Shown: positions 1 through 10,189 of the stretch, one piece after another | Numbering within the stretch: position 1 is the first letter of the stretch | Layout of the letters: the number at the start of each line of letters is the position of its first letter | Origin: a virus | IMG/VR virus record: IMGVR_UViG_3300031949_000004 | Span: 30,224 to 94,223 of that record | Strand: one strand, 5' to 3' | Length of the DNA: 64,000 nucleotides | Program-made: the position numbers and the translations under genes | The notes under the pieces: model-generated | Databases searched by the model: none | What the model saw: only the letters and a program-made list of their open reading frames with translations | What the model was told of the DNA's origin: nothing

Positions 1-29
1 GGCCCCACCCAGGTGAAATGGAGTGATAC

Positions 30-1286
30 ATGTCTTTGCCGGTTATACAGAACATGCCTTTGCCCGATGTTCAAGCTCATGTTCCGAGTGTGTCATTGCA
101 TCTCCTGGCTAAGAATGCCGAGAACGTGATTGGGCGATTGCTCGACAACATCGGTCCTTTCATCCAGGAGGCGAGGATCGTCTTGAATGACACCACCGAC
201 CACTCGCGCGCCGTGATCGAGCGGAAGCTGGGCACCCGGCAGACGGTATCTTTCGACATTCAGGAGATCACGTCGGGCAATCATCCAGAGCTGTACTTTC
301 AGGATGTCGCTGAGTCCTATCAGGTCGGGAAAGCCCTGGAGAACGAGCAATTTGAGGGACCGTTCATCGGTAAGCCTTTGCTCTGCGACTGGGCGGGGAT
401 TAGGAACCTCGGGTGGGCATCGAATTGTGAGTACAGGTTGTTTCTCGATGCTGATGACGTGGTGGAGGATCCGCACCATCTACCCGCTCTCGTGGCCCTG
501 CTCGATCGTCAGCGCATCGATCTAGCCGGAACCAAGTATGTCTTTGGGCGCAATTCAGCAGGCGTGGCCAATTCCGTGGCTTATCGTGAGCGGTTGGCCC
601 GGAACCTTCCCGCCATACGCTGGGAGGGGTGTACTCATGAGATCTTGGTAGGCGGTCAGCGCCGGGTGCTCATCGAGGATTGCTTCCAGGTTGTAGATCT
701 CAAGGATAACTGGGGCAAGGACATACGGGTGCCCGGTCGCTGCTTTAAGGTGCTCTATCGTGAAGCGCGATTGGTCGAATGGAAGGTCTTGCCCCGTCAC
801 CTTGTCTATCTCATTCAGGAATGCCCAGCGATGATGCCGCTTGCCTGGGTGTCCCGATCGCTTTTGCCTTGCTATATGGAGCGAAGCACCCAGGGTGAGG
901 AAGCGGCCTGGGTGTTGTCGATGGTTGGGGAGATGCACGAGCGGGCCGGCGAGCTGGCCGAGGCCGAGAGGTTGTTTGCCGAGGCCCTGCGGTACTTCAA
1001 TTCGGCCAAGGCGGCGTTTCGGCTATGTCGCGTGCGGTATCTTCGCGGCGACTGGGCCGGTTGTATCGAGGCTTTTGAGATGGGCTTGCGCTATCGATCG
1101 GCTGCCGAGGTGCTCGACATCGGTCCCATCTATGAGCATTCGAGCAAGCTTCTCGTGGCGCAGGCGCAGTTCGAGCTGGGCAGGAAGGATGAGGCTCGGC
1201 GAATCATCGACGAGGCTGTGGCGGCTTTCGGCGCGACGGTCACGCCGCTCGTTTTGGAATTGCAGACGGCCATTCACAAGGGATGA
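30..1286 (+). CDS. glycosyltransferase family 2-like protein with C-terminal TPR-like helical region
   Basis: 418-aa ORF. The N-terminus (VSLHLLAKNAENVIGRLLDN...LNDTTD) resembles GT2 nucleotide-sugar binding folds, with a DAD-like acidic motif. The C-terminus is Ala/Leu-rich with TPR-like helices. Confidence 0.45.
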   Translation: MSLPVIQNMPLPDVQAHVPSVSLHLLAKNAENVIGRLLDNIGPFIQEARIVLNDTTDHSRAVIERKLGTRQTVSFDIQEITSGNHPELYFQDVAESYQVGKALENEQFEGPFIGKPLLCDWAGIRNLGWASNCEYRLFLDADDVVEDPHHLPALVALLDRQRIDLAGTKYVFGRNSAGVANSVAYRERLARNLPAIRWEGCTHEILVGGQRRVLIEDCFQVVDLKDNWGKDIRVPGRCFKVLYREARLVEWKVLPRHLVYLIQECPAMMPLAWVSRSLLPCYMERSTQGEEAAWVLSMVGEMHERAGELAEAERLFAEALRYFNSAKAAFRLCRVRYLRGDWAGCIEAFEMGLRYRSAAEVLDIGPIYEHSSKLLVAQAQFELGRKDEARRIIDEAVAAFGATVTPLVLELQTAIHKG

Positions 1287-1669
1287 TCATGGGGGACGAA
1301 CAACCATCGGATCCGAATGTGTTGGAATTGCATTCGTTGTCTTCCGCCGCCGACTATGGGACCATGTTGCGCTTGGCCTCAACGATGGAGTTAACGAGAG
1401 ACTTCGAGGGGTTTTCCGACTTGTGGGATTACCTGAAATCGAAGGGCTTCGAGCCGTTGTTCGTCGAAAAGATTGCCAAGCCTTACTGGAGGGTTGCCTG
1501 TCGTGTTGTCGAGAGAACTCCTTATCGTCATATCATCACCGAGAAAGCATGTCTTTCGGAGCGACGTTTGATGGGTCATTTCTTGCGCTTGGTTTGTCAG
1601 ATGTTCGAGCATTTCTCACGACGGGCGACCGCGAGGTCGGGCTCGGTATCGCACCCACTAGATGAATGA
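1283..1669 (+). CDS. hypothetical protein
   Basis: 128-aa ORF. Its start overlaps the upstream stop by ATGA. No recognisable motif. Confidence 0.35.
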   Translation: MIMGDEQPSDPNVLELHSLSSAADYGTMLRLASTMELTRDFEGFSDLWDYLKSKGFEPLFVEKIAKPYWRVACRVVERTPYRHIITEKACLSERRLMGHFLRLVCQMFEHFSRRATARSGSVSHPLDE

Positions 1670-1731
1670 AAGCCACCACAACAGGAGGACGTGATCATCC
1701 GGGCTCTCTCGGACGCGAAGGGGGAAACACG

Positions 1732-2697
1732 ATGAGCGAATTTCACGTTGAAGTAGCGCGAGTGACGAACGTCCAGAAGCACCCGAACGCCGACACGCTA
1801 TCAGTCGCCGAGGTGAACGGTTACCCGGTGATTTTCCGCACTGGCGACTACGCCGAAGGTGATCTAGCCGTCCACGTCCCGATTGATGCCATCGTGCCCG
1901 ACGTTCCAGCGTGGGCGTTTCTTGATGGCCACCGGCGCATCAGGGCCAAGCGACTGCGCGGCGTGTTCTCGATGGGGCTGCTTTCCAAGGCGTTGCCAGA
2001 GTGGACGTTTGGGCTAGACGTTCAGGCGGAACTCGGGATCGAGAAATGGGAGCCGGTATCACCGGCGATGATTGGGGGCGACGATGCGCCGGACGCTGGC
2101 GTGTTGCCGGTATACACGGACATCGAAGGCTACCGCCGGCACAAGGGCGTCCTCGTGGACGGTGAGGAAGTCGTCATCACCGAGAAGATTCACGGGGCAA
2201 ACGCGCGCTTCTGCTCTCACGATGGCACGCTGATAGTCGGCTCGCACAAGCGGATCAAGAAGGTCTACGGAACCGACCACCCGTCGATGTGGGCAAAGGT
2301 TGCGCTCGACTTGGATCTCGACGAGAAGCTGGCCGAGGTGCCCGACGTTGCAATCTACGGCGAGATCTACGGGCAGGTTCAGGATCTCAAGTACGGCAAG
2401 ATGGGGACCGATCTGGTGTTGTTCGACGCGATGGATTTGCGAACGCGGCGCTACCTCGATTGCGATGAGTTCTTGGCAGTGGCCGAACGTTTCGGACTTC
2501 CGACGGTTCCGCAGCTCTACCGGGGGCCATGGAGTGCAGAGCTTCTCGCGCTTGCGGAAGGTCGCTCTACGGTTTCCGGTGCCGACAACATCCGTGAGGG
2601 GTTCGTGGTCAAGCCGGTTCGCGAACGATGCGAGCACATGGGGCGGGTGATTCTCAAGATGCTGGGTGAAGGCTACCTTTTGCGAAAGGGCGCGTGA
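1732..2697 (+). CDS. ATP-dependent RNA ligase, DraRnl/Rnl2-like, with N-terminal tRNA-binding OB (Myf/CsaA-type) domain
   Basis: The N-terminal EVARVTNVQKHPNADTLSVAEV matches the tRNA-binding OB-fold signature (HPNAD). The nucleotidyltransferase motif I is EKIHGAN (KxHGxN, as in T4 Rnl2 KIHGTN). Size about 320-343 aa, like DraRnl. GGGGG RBS upstream of ATG 1732. Confidence 0.7.
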   Translation: MSEFHVEVARVTNVQKHPNADTLSVAEVNGYPVIFRTGDYAEGDLAVHVPIDAIVPDVPAWAFLDGHRRIRAKRLRGVFSMGLLSKALPEWTFGLDVQAELGIEKWEPVSPAMIGGDDAPDAGVLPVYTDIEGYRRHKGVLVDGEEVVITEKIHGANARFCSHDGTLIVGSHKRIKKVYGTDHPSMWAKVALDLDLDEKLAEVPDVAIYGEIYGQVQDLKYGKMGTDLVLFDAMDLRTRRYLDCDEFLAVAERFGLPTVPQLYRGPWSAELLALAEGRSTVSGADNIREGFVVKPVRERCEHMGRVILKMLGEGYLLRKGA

Positions 2698-3263
2698 TGA
2701 GGGCTGTCACGACCAAACGCCAGAATTACCAGCTCTGGCAATCCAGAGCAGCCTTCGGCAACAAGCTGCGGGCCTGGCGCACCATCGAGGCATGGCGCGC
2801 CAGCGGGTTTGGCGGGCGCGTGGTGTTGCGTGCCCTGCTCTCTGTCGGTGGTGGTCCCTGTCGCTACAATCTTGAGCCCGACGAGGTCGAGCGTGTCGCC
2901 GATTGCTGGCTCGCGGAGGGCATGCATCGTGAGGCGATTATGGTCAACGAGGCCGCGCCCGATCAGGCAGCGATTCTCCAAGGTGAGTATCTCAACGATG
3001 TTGTCGGCTTCTATTGGAACACCTTCCATTACAGCCGGGTGGCGGCGCACATGCGGATTGCTCTCGGCAAGGAAATGTGTCTGGCTAACGGCCTGATGTC
3101 GGATTTGCTGTTGCGTGGGGCCATGACCCCGTCTTCCTACGAAGACTGGCGGGTATTGCTTGACCGGTATCCAGGACACGTGTTGGAGGTGTCCATTTAC
3201 AATCATTGTGTTGGCGATGTGCCAGGTCGCAATGCTCTCGTGTGGGAGGTGAGGAGGTATTAG
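2694..3263 (+). CDS. hypothetical protein
   Basis: 189-aa ORF overlapping the ligase stop (ATGA). Confidence 0.35.
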   Translation: MMRAVTTKRQNYQLWQSRAAFGNKLRAWRTIEAWRASGFGGRVVLRALLSVGGGPCRYNLEPDEVERVADCWLAEGMHREAIMVNEAAPDQAAILQGEYLNDVVGFYWNTFHYSRVAAHMRIALGKEMCLANGLMSDLLLRGAMTPSSYEDWRVLLDRYPGHVLEVSIYNHCVGDVPGRNALVWEVRRY

Positions 3264-3265
3264 TC

Positions 3266-3721
3266 ATGCTTGTCCAGCGTACGGTTTCCTACGATCCGAA
3301 ATGTCGACGGTTCAAGCACGTCTTTGGACGGTCGTTTTACTGTCGCCGGTTGGGCAATGGCGTCTACAGGTTCAAGAGAGTCGATGGGAAGTTGCCCGAG
3401 GTCGTAACGGGGTTTGTTCAGATAGCTGCGCCATGGTGCGAGGAGAAGGTCGACGGGCTCGTGGCGATCTGTTCGACGCACGGCGGACACATGGACAACT
3501 GTCCTTCGGATAGCGAGAATTGCAAGATCGAACGGCGAGTGGTCGGCATGAATCGTTGGTACGCGGTCATGCGGCTTGAAACCGGTTCGCGCGGCGCCAG
3601 GAATTATTTTGATGTGGTTTTGTTGCAAAAGCCGCCGTTGCGCAAGTTTGCCAGTAAGGATCCGCCCGTGGTTCCGGCCGACGGCGCCGGTTTTCACGTT
3701 ATGGTTTTTTCCGAATCATAG
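3266..3721 (+). CDS. hypothetical protein
   Basis: ORF in a compact operon. The start is uncertain (3206 or 3266). Confidence 0.3.
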   Translation: MLVQRTVSYDPKCRRFKHVFGRSFYCRRLGNGVYRFKRVDGKLPEVVTGFVQIAAPWCEEKVDGLVAICSTHGGHMDNCPSDSENCKIERRVVGMNRWYAVMRLETGSRGARNYFDVVLLQKPPLRKFASKDPPVVPADGAGFHVMVFSES

Positions 3722-3745
3722 TCACTGGGAGACAAGGAGAACAGG

Positions 3746-4699
3746 ATGGCAAGACACATCGTACAAGCTGCGGAAGAGATGCTCGACAAGCGGTACCCCG
3801 TCCTCGATCATGGGTTTGTGATCTTGGTCGACTACATGGGGAGCGATGCCGCCATCGCGGAGGCCGCGCGCCAGTCGCTTGCGGGTGAGAACACGCGCAA
3901 GGTATCCGACGATCGCGCGCTCATTCGTTACCTTGTGAGTCACTATCACACATCGCCAATGGAGATGGTGGAGTTCAAGTTCCATTGCGCGATGCCTATC
4001 TTCGTGGCCCGGCAGTGGATCCGTCATCGTACTGCCAATGTGAATGAGCAATCGGGGCGTTACGGTGAGATGCCCGAACTGACCTATGTGCCCGAGGCCG
4101 AGCAGATCGCCTACCAGAGCCCCGTGAACAAGCAGGGACGCTCGACGATCGCAAGTGAGGTGGTGGCGGTCAATCTTCAGAACAAGCTGCGCGAGAATGC
4201 GAGGGATACCTTCAGGCGCTACCACGATTTCTTGGGTCGGTCGCGGCCTGACGAACAGGGATCTTTTCCAGACGGGAGCTACGCCAAGGTCCAGGAGAAC
4301 GGCGGTATTTCGCGCGAGGTGGCGCGTATCAACCTGCCACTCTCGACCTACACGCAATGGTACTGGAAGCTGGATTTGCACAACCTGCTGCACTTCCTCT
4401 TCTTGCGTCTCGACGAGCATGCGCAGTGGGAGATCCGCCAGTACGCCAAGGTCATGGCCGAGATGGTGAAGGCCGTCTGTCCCATGGCCTGGGAAGCGTT
4501 CGTGGACTACCGGCAGAAGGCAATCAGGGTGTCGTTGCCCGAGCTGGAGGCTTTGGCGGTGCTCGTCAGCCAGTTCCATGCTGGTAAGTCTTCGTCGCTC
4601 GAAGGCCACGAGACGCGCTTGAACAAACGCGAGCTGGAGGAGTTTCGGACCAAGCTTGGTCCGTCGGGCTTGGGTCTCGGTTTCCTGAACACGTTCTAG
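3746..4699 (+). CDS. thyX: flavin-dependent thymidylate synthase ThyX
   Basis: ThyX signature RHRTANVNEQSGRY (RHR-x7-S). Conserved block HYHTSPMEMVEFKFHCAMPIFVARQWIRHR. AGGAG RBS upstream. Confidence 0.9.
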   Translation: MARHIVQAAEEMLDKRYPVLDHGFVILVDYMGSDAAIAEAARQSLAGENTRKVSDDRALIRYLVSHYHTSPMEMVEFKFHCAMPIFVARQWIRHRTANVNEQSGRYGEMPELTYVPEAEQIAYQSPVNKQGRSTIASEVVAVNLQNKLRENARDTFRRYHDFLGRSRPDEQGSFPDGSYAKVQENGGISREVARINLPLSTYTQWYWKLDLHNLLHFLFLRLDEHAQWEIRQYAKVMAEMVKAVCPMAWEAFVDYRQKAIRVSLPELEALAVLVSQFHAGKSSSLEGHETRLNKRELEEFRTKLGPSGLGLGFLNTF

Positions 4700-4706
4700 G
4701 TGTAGC

Positions 4707-4967
4707 ATGAGCGACGAGAGCGATGGTCGGACGCCGCCAAATGGAGTTTCGGTTGTGGTTCCCACACCCGAAGCACCCGTACGGCGTCCGGCCACGCTCG
4801 ACGAGGCATTCGAGTTGGCCGGCAAGGATCTGCACGGCTTGTTGATGCACTACGCCACGGGGCTTGATGGGCCGGCGATCAAGCTCTCGGAGGTCGAGAC
4901 GATCATGCGTGAGCTGGAGTCCGACGTTCGGCGTCTGGTTCTAGCTTCACGGGAGACAGTAAAGTGA
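4707..4967 (+). CDS. hypothetical protein
   Basis: 86-aa ORF in an operon with thyX. Confidence 0.35.
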   Translation: MSDESDGRTPPNGVSVVVPTPEAPVRRPATLDEAFELAGKDLHGLLMHYATGLDGPAIKLSEVETIMRELESDVRRLVLASRETVK

Positions 4968-5212
4968 AGCCCCTGAGAGACGAGAACAACTGCTTGGATT
5001 GCTTGGACGAGTCGTTTCGGGGGCGTGAGCTGTGCGGCCGTCAGCACGATCTCATTGCGGTGGCGTCGTTGTTTGTCTCGGGCTTCGTGGTGCCAACGGA
5101 TCTTCGTCTGAAGGAGATCGCCATGCCTTTCCTGGACGCGCTCGACCTTGCCGGGGAGGCGTTCACCGATGATATTTTGGCATCGCTTGCCTTGTCGGAA
5201 GCGGAGCTTTGA
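4964..5212 (+). CDS. hypothetical protein
   Basis: 82-aa ORF with an ATGA overlap. Confidence 0.35.
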   Translation: MKPLRDENNCLDCLDESFRGRELCGRQHDLIAVASLFVSGFVVPTDLRLKEIAMPFLDALDLAGEAFTDDILASLALSEAEL

Positions 5213-5724
5213 TGGCCGACTTCGACGAGCAGCTCATGAAGATGCTTCGAGCCGAGTTCGTGCGGCCGGAGAACCCCGTGCCGCTGGCGCCCGCGCTGGC
5301 GAAGATTTCCGAGATCCATCGTGAGTGCCTGGCGGTCTTCGGTTTCTTTCATTGGGTGGGCGTTGACAGCGCCAACATTTCGTTGGGCGTGAACGTACGT
5401 GCCCCGGAGGGTGAGAAGCTATACGGCAAGGGCATGGATCTGATCGCGGTTGCGAAGATGCAACCCCGGCCGATGGTGATACGGGTCGCGCCAGTTCCGG
5501 AGAATGTGGATCTGGAGGCATTTGGACGGGATTGGAAGGAAGCCGTTGTGGCTTGGAACGCGGCGGAGGTTGCTGACAAGGTCGTGTTGATCAGGCAGGC
5601 GGAGGTCTACGAGGATTTCCCCGATTTCTTCTTGTCGGTCATGCGGGAAGGTGTGGTTTTCCCGGCGATGATCGATTACTTGGCGATGTTGTACAGCATG
5701 CAACACCAGGGTCCGAGAAACTAG
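5209..5724 (+). CDS. hypothetical protein
   Basis: 171-aa ORF with an ATGA overlap. Confidence 0.4.
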   Translation: MMADFDEQLMKMLRAEFVRPENPVPLAPALAKISEIHRECLAVFGFFHWVGVDSANISLGVNVRAPEGEKLYGKGMDLIAVAKMQPRPMVIRVAPVPENVDLEAFGRDWKEAVVAWNAAEVADKVVLIRQAEVYEDFPDFFLSVMREGVVFPAMIDYLAMLYSMQHQGPRN

Positions 5725-5732
5725 GAGTGAGT

Positions 5733-6890
5733 ATGGCAAAGATCGTGTTCTGGCTTGGTTCTGCCTGTGAAGTTTGGGATCCTCGTACTGCGCTCGGGAC
5801 GGGGATCGGTGGTTCGGAGACCGCAGCGATCTACATGTCGCGGGAGTTGGCGAAGCTCGGACACGAGGTTGTCGTGTATGCCGACGTCCCGATGCAAGAT
5901 TTCGGGCAAGGCGTCGTCTGGTTGCCGTATCGTCAGGCGTTGGTGAATCTGCAAGACGGCAAGAAGATCGCGTGCGACCTGTTCGTGTCGTCACGCTCGG
6001 CCGAGGCCCGCCACCAGCTTTCGCCGCTCTGTCGCCGGGCGTGGTTGTGGTTGCACGATCTGCACTGCGGCCCCGATTGGGAGAACCTCATTGGCACGAC
6101 CTACGATCGTGTCTTGTGCTTGTCTGACTGGGCCAGGAATAAGTTCATCGATACCTATCCGGGGGTCGACGAGCGGCGCGTGATCTTGACTCGGAACGGT
6201 GTGGATCTGGTGCGGTTCCAGGAGCACGACGATCTACGTCCGGGGAGGCAGCATGGTCGGTTACGCGCGGGCTTGGTGCCGCTCAAGGTGATCTATTCGT
6301 CGTCGCCTGATCGTGGTCTCGACCGTTTGCTCGGGTTGTGGCCGCAGATCTGCGAGCTGGCGCTTAAGGGGCCAGGTGGAATGCCAGTCGTCCTCGGGCG
6401 GCGACAGTTCCAGCTTCCTGAGCTGCACGTGTACTATGGTTTCGACAACTGGCGAAAACTCGCGGCTCGCCGGGATAACGGTTACATCGAGCAAAAACGT
6501 ATTGCCTCGCTCGAAGCCAAGCTCGCCACGACGGCGGGAGTCTTCGTTCACGGTCGGGTGGGGCAGGTGGAGCTGGCGCGGGCGTTCTTGAACTCGCACC
6601 TGTGGCTCTATCCCACGGACTTTCCGGAGATCTCTTGTATCACGGCCATGGAAGCTCAGATGGCCGGGTGTAAGATCGTGGCGACCAGGTTCGCCGCGCT
6701 CCCGGAGACGGCGCCCAATGCCTGGTTTGTGGATCCTCCCGCCCATACGGCCGAGTATGCGCGCAGGTTTCTGGAGGCCACATGGGAGGCGCTCATCGAC
6801 GATATCGACGTCGTCGTTGGCGCGAGCTTGTGGAGCTGGACCAAGGTTGCGGAGCAATGGCATTCGTGGATCCAGGAAGATCTGGCCTGA
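5733..6890 (+). CDS. glycosyltransferase family 1/4 (GT-B fold)
   Basis: The N-terminus GIGGSETAAIYMSRELAKLGHEVVVY is typical of GT4 (glycosyl transferase group 1). The C-terminal E-x7-E-like region is present. AGGAG RBS upstream. Confidence 0.65.
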   Translation: MAKIVFWLGSACEVWDPRTALGTGIGGSETAAIYMSRELAKLGHEVVVYADVPMQDFGQGVVWLPYRQALVNLQDGKKIACDLFVSSRSAEARHQLSPLCRRAWLWLHDLHCGPDWENLIGTTYDRVLCLSDWARNKFIDTYPGVDERRVILTRNGVDLVRFQEHDDLRPGRQHGRLRAGLVPLKVIYSSSPDRGLDRLLGLWPQICELALKGPGGMPVVLGRRQFQLPELHVYYGFDNWRKLAARRDNGYIEQKRIASLEAKLATTAGVFVHGRVGQVELARAFLNSHLWLYPTDFPEISCITAMEAQMAGCKIVATRFAALPETAPNAWFVDPPAHTAEYARRFLEATWEALIDDIDVVVGASLWSWTKVAEQWHSWIQEDLA

Positions 6891-6904
6891 AGGAGAGTTG
6901 AAGG

Positions 6905-7195
6905 ATGCGAAACACCACCATCGAGGAAGCGTTTAAGAGGTTCCATGCTGAGAATCCGTGGATCCTCGATCGTCTGCTGGCGATGACCGAGAAGCTCTAT
7001 CGCGAGAACCGCAAGCGGTACGGTATTGGTATGTTATGGGAGGTGTTACGCTGGCATGTGGCGATCGGAGAAATCAAGACTGATTCGGATTTCAAGCTCA
7101 ACAACAATTTCCGTAGTCGCTATGTTAGGCTTATCATCAGGCAACACCCAGAATACGAGCAGATGTTCGAGACCAGGGTGTTGCGAGCTGAGTAG
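6905..7195 (+). CDS. hypothetical protein
   Basis: 96-aa ORF. Confidence 0.35.
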   Translation: MRNTTIEEAFKRFHAENPWILDRLLAMTEKLYRENRKRYGIGMLWEVLRWHVAIGEIKTDSDFKLNNNFRSRYVRLIIRQHPEYEQMFETRVLRAE

Positions 7196-7206
7196 AACTA
7201 AAAGGA

Positions 7207-7809
7207 ATGGTGGTCAACATGAGTTGTCGTCACGATCTTGCTAACGGAACCTGTTCTCGGTGCTACCCGTCTACAGGGCGTGTAGATCCTGGTCCCGAGG
7301 GGGATTATGAGGACAACCCGGAGGGGCCGGGAGCGGTGACCAGGGAGCAATATCTTCGCGAAGGGTCAAAGCATCTCGCAACAAACAACATGACGATCTC
7401 GGCGAATGGCATAGCTATCGGTGAGAACGCTTGTGCCAGCGAGGGTGAGATTGCCTTTGCGCGCGCCGGTCGGCAGATTACCATTCGCGGCAGCAGCGTT
7501 TTGCTCGACGGTAAGCCACTGTCGGGTTGGGATGAGATTGCTTCCGGGCTCCGGGAGGTGTTCGGCGATCCAGGCGAGTTTTTGATGGAAACATCTGAAT
7601 GCTCACTCAAGATCGACATGGAGGGGCGGGTGGTCATCGGGGGTGTCGAGGTAGGAAGGGATCCAACGATGTGCATGCGGGCCTCTGCCTTTATCATGCG
7701 CGCGTTTGGGGCGGCGCTTCGTGATTCGACGGTCAGATGTGGCGGGCCACATGCGAGAGCCGAAGGGGAAAGAAACGTGAAGTCGCTTCTGCTGGTGCGC
7801 GAGGAATAG
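7207..7809 (+). CDS. hypothetical protein
   Basis: 200-aa ORF. Confidence 0.35.
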   Translation: MVVNMSCRHDLANGTCSRCYPSTGRVDPGPEGDYEDNPEGPGAVTREQYLREGSKHLATNNMTISANGIAIGENACASEGEIAFARAGRQITIRGSSVLLDGKPLSGWDEIASGLREVFGDPGEFLMETSECSLKIDMEGRVVIGGVEVGRDPTMCMRASAFIMRAFGAALRDSTVRCGGPHARAEGERNVKSLLLVREE

Positions 7810-7812
7810 ATC

Positions 7813-8025
7813 GTGGTTGTGACGAGCAAGCAATTGCGCGAGTTTAACGGCGTGAAGCTCGGTGAGGAGATCTGCTTGCATCGTCCGGAGGGTGATCTGG
7901 TCGTCAAGGTGCGCCGGGTGGGGCCTGCCGGGATCTTGGTTCGAGGTTTCGCTTCTGTTTTTCGTTGGGAAGATGAAGGTGGGCAGGGCATGCACTGGAA
8001 TCGTATCGTCAGGAGGAGATCATGA
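7813..8025 (+). CDS. hypothetical protein
   Basis: 70-aa ORF. Confidence 0.3.
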   Translation: MVVTSKQLREFNGVKLGEEICLHRPEGDLVVKVRRVGPAGILVRGFASVFRWEDEGGQGMHWNRIVRRRS

Positions 8026-8285
8026 TCGAGAGCGATTTGGAATTCTACGAGACTGCCGAGGAGCTGCTGGTCCCCGAGAAGGATCTGCTTCGCGCGGCCG
8101 GGTACTTGCCCGCCGAGTGTGGGATGGACTTGACGGTGAGTTGCGTGCCGGCGCACTGTCGAAGGGACAAAGGACATTCAGGCGAGTGCTCGGTGCTGTC
8201 GGAAGATGACGTGCGAAGCGTCGATGGCGAGGCTCGGAAGATGTTGAACCAGCTTTTCCCAGGCGGTCTACCGTGTGCTTGGTGA
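8022..8285 (+). CDS. hypothetical protein
   Basis: 87-aa ORF with an ATGA overlap. Confidence 0.3.
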   Translation: MIESDLEFYETAEELLVPEKDLLRAAGYLPAECGMDLTVSCVPAHCRRDKGHSGECSVLSEDDVRSVDGEARKMLNQLFPGGLPCAW

Positions 8286-8289
8286 TGCC

Positions 8290-8454
8290 ATGAAGTGCTG
8301 TGGAACGTGTGCCTGGTGGGCTGGGTATGGCAAGATCAGCGGCAATCCGTATCGTTGCACGTTTCCGTTGCCAGCATCGGTGACGAAGACTGCGATGTTT
8401 CATGAGGAAGGCAAGACGTGTGAGTGCCACAAGCCGCGAGAGGAGGACAAGTAG
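8290..8454 (+). CDS. small cysteine-rich protein
   Basis: 54-aa ORF (MKCCGTCAWWAGYG...CECHKP) not in the supplied track. Its stop abuts the start of the next gene. Confidence 0.3.
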   Translation: MKCCGTCAWWAGYGKISGNPYRCTFPLPASVTKTAMFHEEGKTCECHKPREEDK

Positions 8455-9582
8455 ATGCTTCGCCTGGCCTTGAATCTTCTCGTTCTCAACGGCGAAGTCG
8501 TGTTGCCGCGCTGTCTGCGTTCGGTGGCCGGGGCCATTGATGAGCTGGTGGTCGTGGATTCGGGCTCGACCGATCGCACGCGTGAGGTTGTGACCGAGCT
8601 GGCGAGAGAGCTGAAGGTCGATCGTTTTCATTTCGAGCAACTGGATACCGCTTCCGACGATTTCTTCACCGACGCCCCGGAGTCCTGGAAGCGTTCGATG
8701 CCTGGACCGTTCACCGGCAGAAGAGTGCTCAAGGACTGGGCCAAGGCTCGTAATCTTGCCTTGGCCAACACCACGGCTGACTACGTGCTCAAGCTCGATG
8801 CCGACGACGAGCTGCGTTCGCCGCCGGAGAATTTGCGCAAGGCGTGCGTTCACTTGGATGCCGTGCCCGACAAGCACAAGCATTTCCTCTTCACACCTTA
8901 CGAGATCTACGAGGCTGGCAAGCTGACGTTCTTGTCCATGCAGTCGCGTTTGTGGCGGCGGGGGCCGCACACGCGTTGGGTGCAGCCCATCCATGAGTAC
9001 CTACGAGGTATGGTTGATGAGTGCTGTTTGCAGGTTGCCCAAGGGATCTGCGTGCGCGATTGGAAAGATTCGCCGGGTGAGGGTGTGCGCATCGCGCACC
9101 GGAACCTCAAGGTGTTGGTCTGGCATTGCGATAACCAGTCGCCCGCATGGCCGGGTCACGATGATGAAATCTGGACGTTCACGCTTGCCACCGAGGTGGT
9201 GCCGGTATTTCCAGCTTGGGGCCGAGAGCTTCTGACATCACTCCTCGATCGTCCATCGTTGCCCAGCAGCTCGATGCCCGCCGACTGCTACTACCACCTG
9301 GGGTGCGCTTACGAGGTCGAAGGCAACGACGAGATGGCCATGGCCTCCTATCTCGCGGCAGATCGTGTGGGGAGCAAGCACCTGCTGGCTTTGCTTGCGG
9401 CGATCGAGTTGCATCGTCGAGCTGGGAGTCGAGATTCGCTGGAGTGCCAAAAGCTCGTGGATAAGGTCTTGAGCATTGCAGGGAGCATGCCGGGAGATCC
9501 ACTTCCGTTCAATGTGAACCTGCAACCGCTCATTGTTTTGCGCGACGAGTTTTCTCGCAAGTCTCGCGAGGTGGTGCCATGA
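8455..9582 (+). CDS. glycosyltransferase family 2 with C-terminal TPR-like region
   Basis: VVVDSGSTDRTREV is a GT2 signature and the LKLDADDEL DxD-like motif is present. The C-terminus is helical and repeat-like. Confidence 0.6.
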   Translation: MLRLALNLLVLNGEVVLPRCLRSVAGAIDELVVVDSGSTDRTREVVTELARELKVDRFHFEQLDTASDDFFTDAPESWKRSMPGPFTGRRVLKDWAKARNLALANTTADYVLKLDADDELRSPPENLRKACVHLDAVPDKHKHFLFTPYEIYEAGKLTFLSMQSRLWRRGPHTRWVQPIHEYLRGMVDECCLQVAQGICVRDWKDSPGEGVRIAHRNLKVLVWHCDNQSPAWPGHDDEIWTFTLATEVVPVFPAWGRELLTSLLDRPSLPSSSMPADCYYHLGCAYEVEGNDEMAMASYLAADRVGSKHLLALLAAIELHRRAGSRDSLECQKLVDKVLSIAGSMPGDPLPFNVNLQPLIVLRDEFSRKSREVVP

Positions 9583-9803
9583 AATCGGAAAAACGGTCGG
9601 CGTGTTTGCGTCGGTACGGGCAGTTGGTCGAATCCTACTATCAACAAGGGCGACGGATGCCGATGCTCATGGACGAGTTCTGGGAGCTAGCTTTCCATGC
9701 TATCGGCCCCAGTGAAGTGGGTAGGCGGCCTGGCATCGTGAATGAGATTGCTGCGTCCTTGCTCTATACCGAGGCGGTTGTGTTGGAGGCTCAAGGGAAA
9801 TGA
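9579..9803 (+). CDS. hypothetical protein
   Basis: 74-aa ORF. Confidence 0.3.
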   Translation: MKSEKRSACLRRYGQLVESYYQQGRRMPMLMDEFWELAFHAIGPSEVGRRPGIVNEIAASLLYTEAVVLEAQGK

Positions 9804-10189
9804 GCCCCAGGGAAGTGGTTTTGTCGTGCTTTGGAGCCGTGATCTTGCTCGGGTTGTTCTATCAGGCGCGGCAGATCTACCGGTGGTGGTGCAAGGCGCA
9901 GGAGCGCAAGCGGGAGCTGGAGCGGCAAATGCGCAGGGACATAGATGAAATCATGCGACAAGTCGCCACGGAAAAGATTCCAGAGTCGTTTCGGCGAGAG
10001 ATGATGGCGTGTATTCCCGTTGAGCATGGCGGTTCGTTTCGGCAGGAGGGCAGTGATGGCACATCACAAGCACCAGCGAGCGGGCTGCCTTTTGTGCAAG
10101 CCGCAAAAGGACGAGCGGGTCGCCAAGAGCCTGAAAAACCAGTAAGCGTCCGGCGCCGGTTGCAAGGCACCGGGGAGGATGAACGGTGA
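9800..10189 (+). CDS. membrane protein with coiled-coil region
   Basis: N-terminal hydrophobic helix VVLSCFGAVILLGLFY followed by a charged coiled-coil-like segment. Confidence 0.35.
   Translation: MSPREVVLSCFGAVILLGLFYQARQIYRWWCKAQERKRELERQMRRDIDEIMRQVATEKIPESFRREMMACIPVEHGGSFRQEGSDGTSQAPASGLPFVQAAKGRAGRQEPEKPVSVRRRLQGTGEDER

Noticed and set aside
5419-5994. 191-aa minus-strand ORF, with similar high-GC antisense ORFs at 555..938, 2059..2637, 3722..4825 and 26442..27650
   Set aside because: Each is antisense to a better-supported plus-strand gene (thyX, GT4, the ligase, the SPFH-like gene). They are Arg/Pro-rich, have no RBS and are typical GC-rich shadow ORFs.
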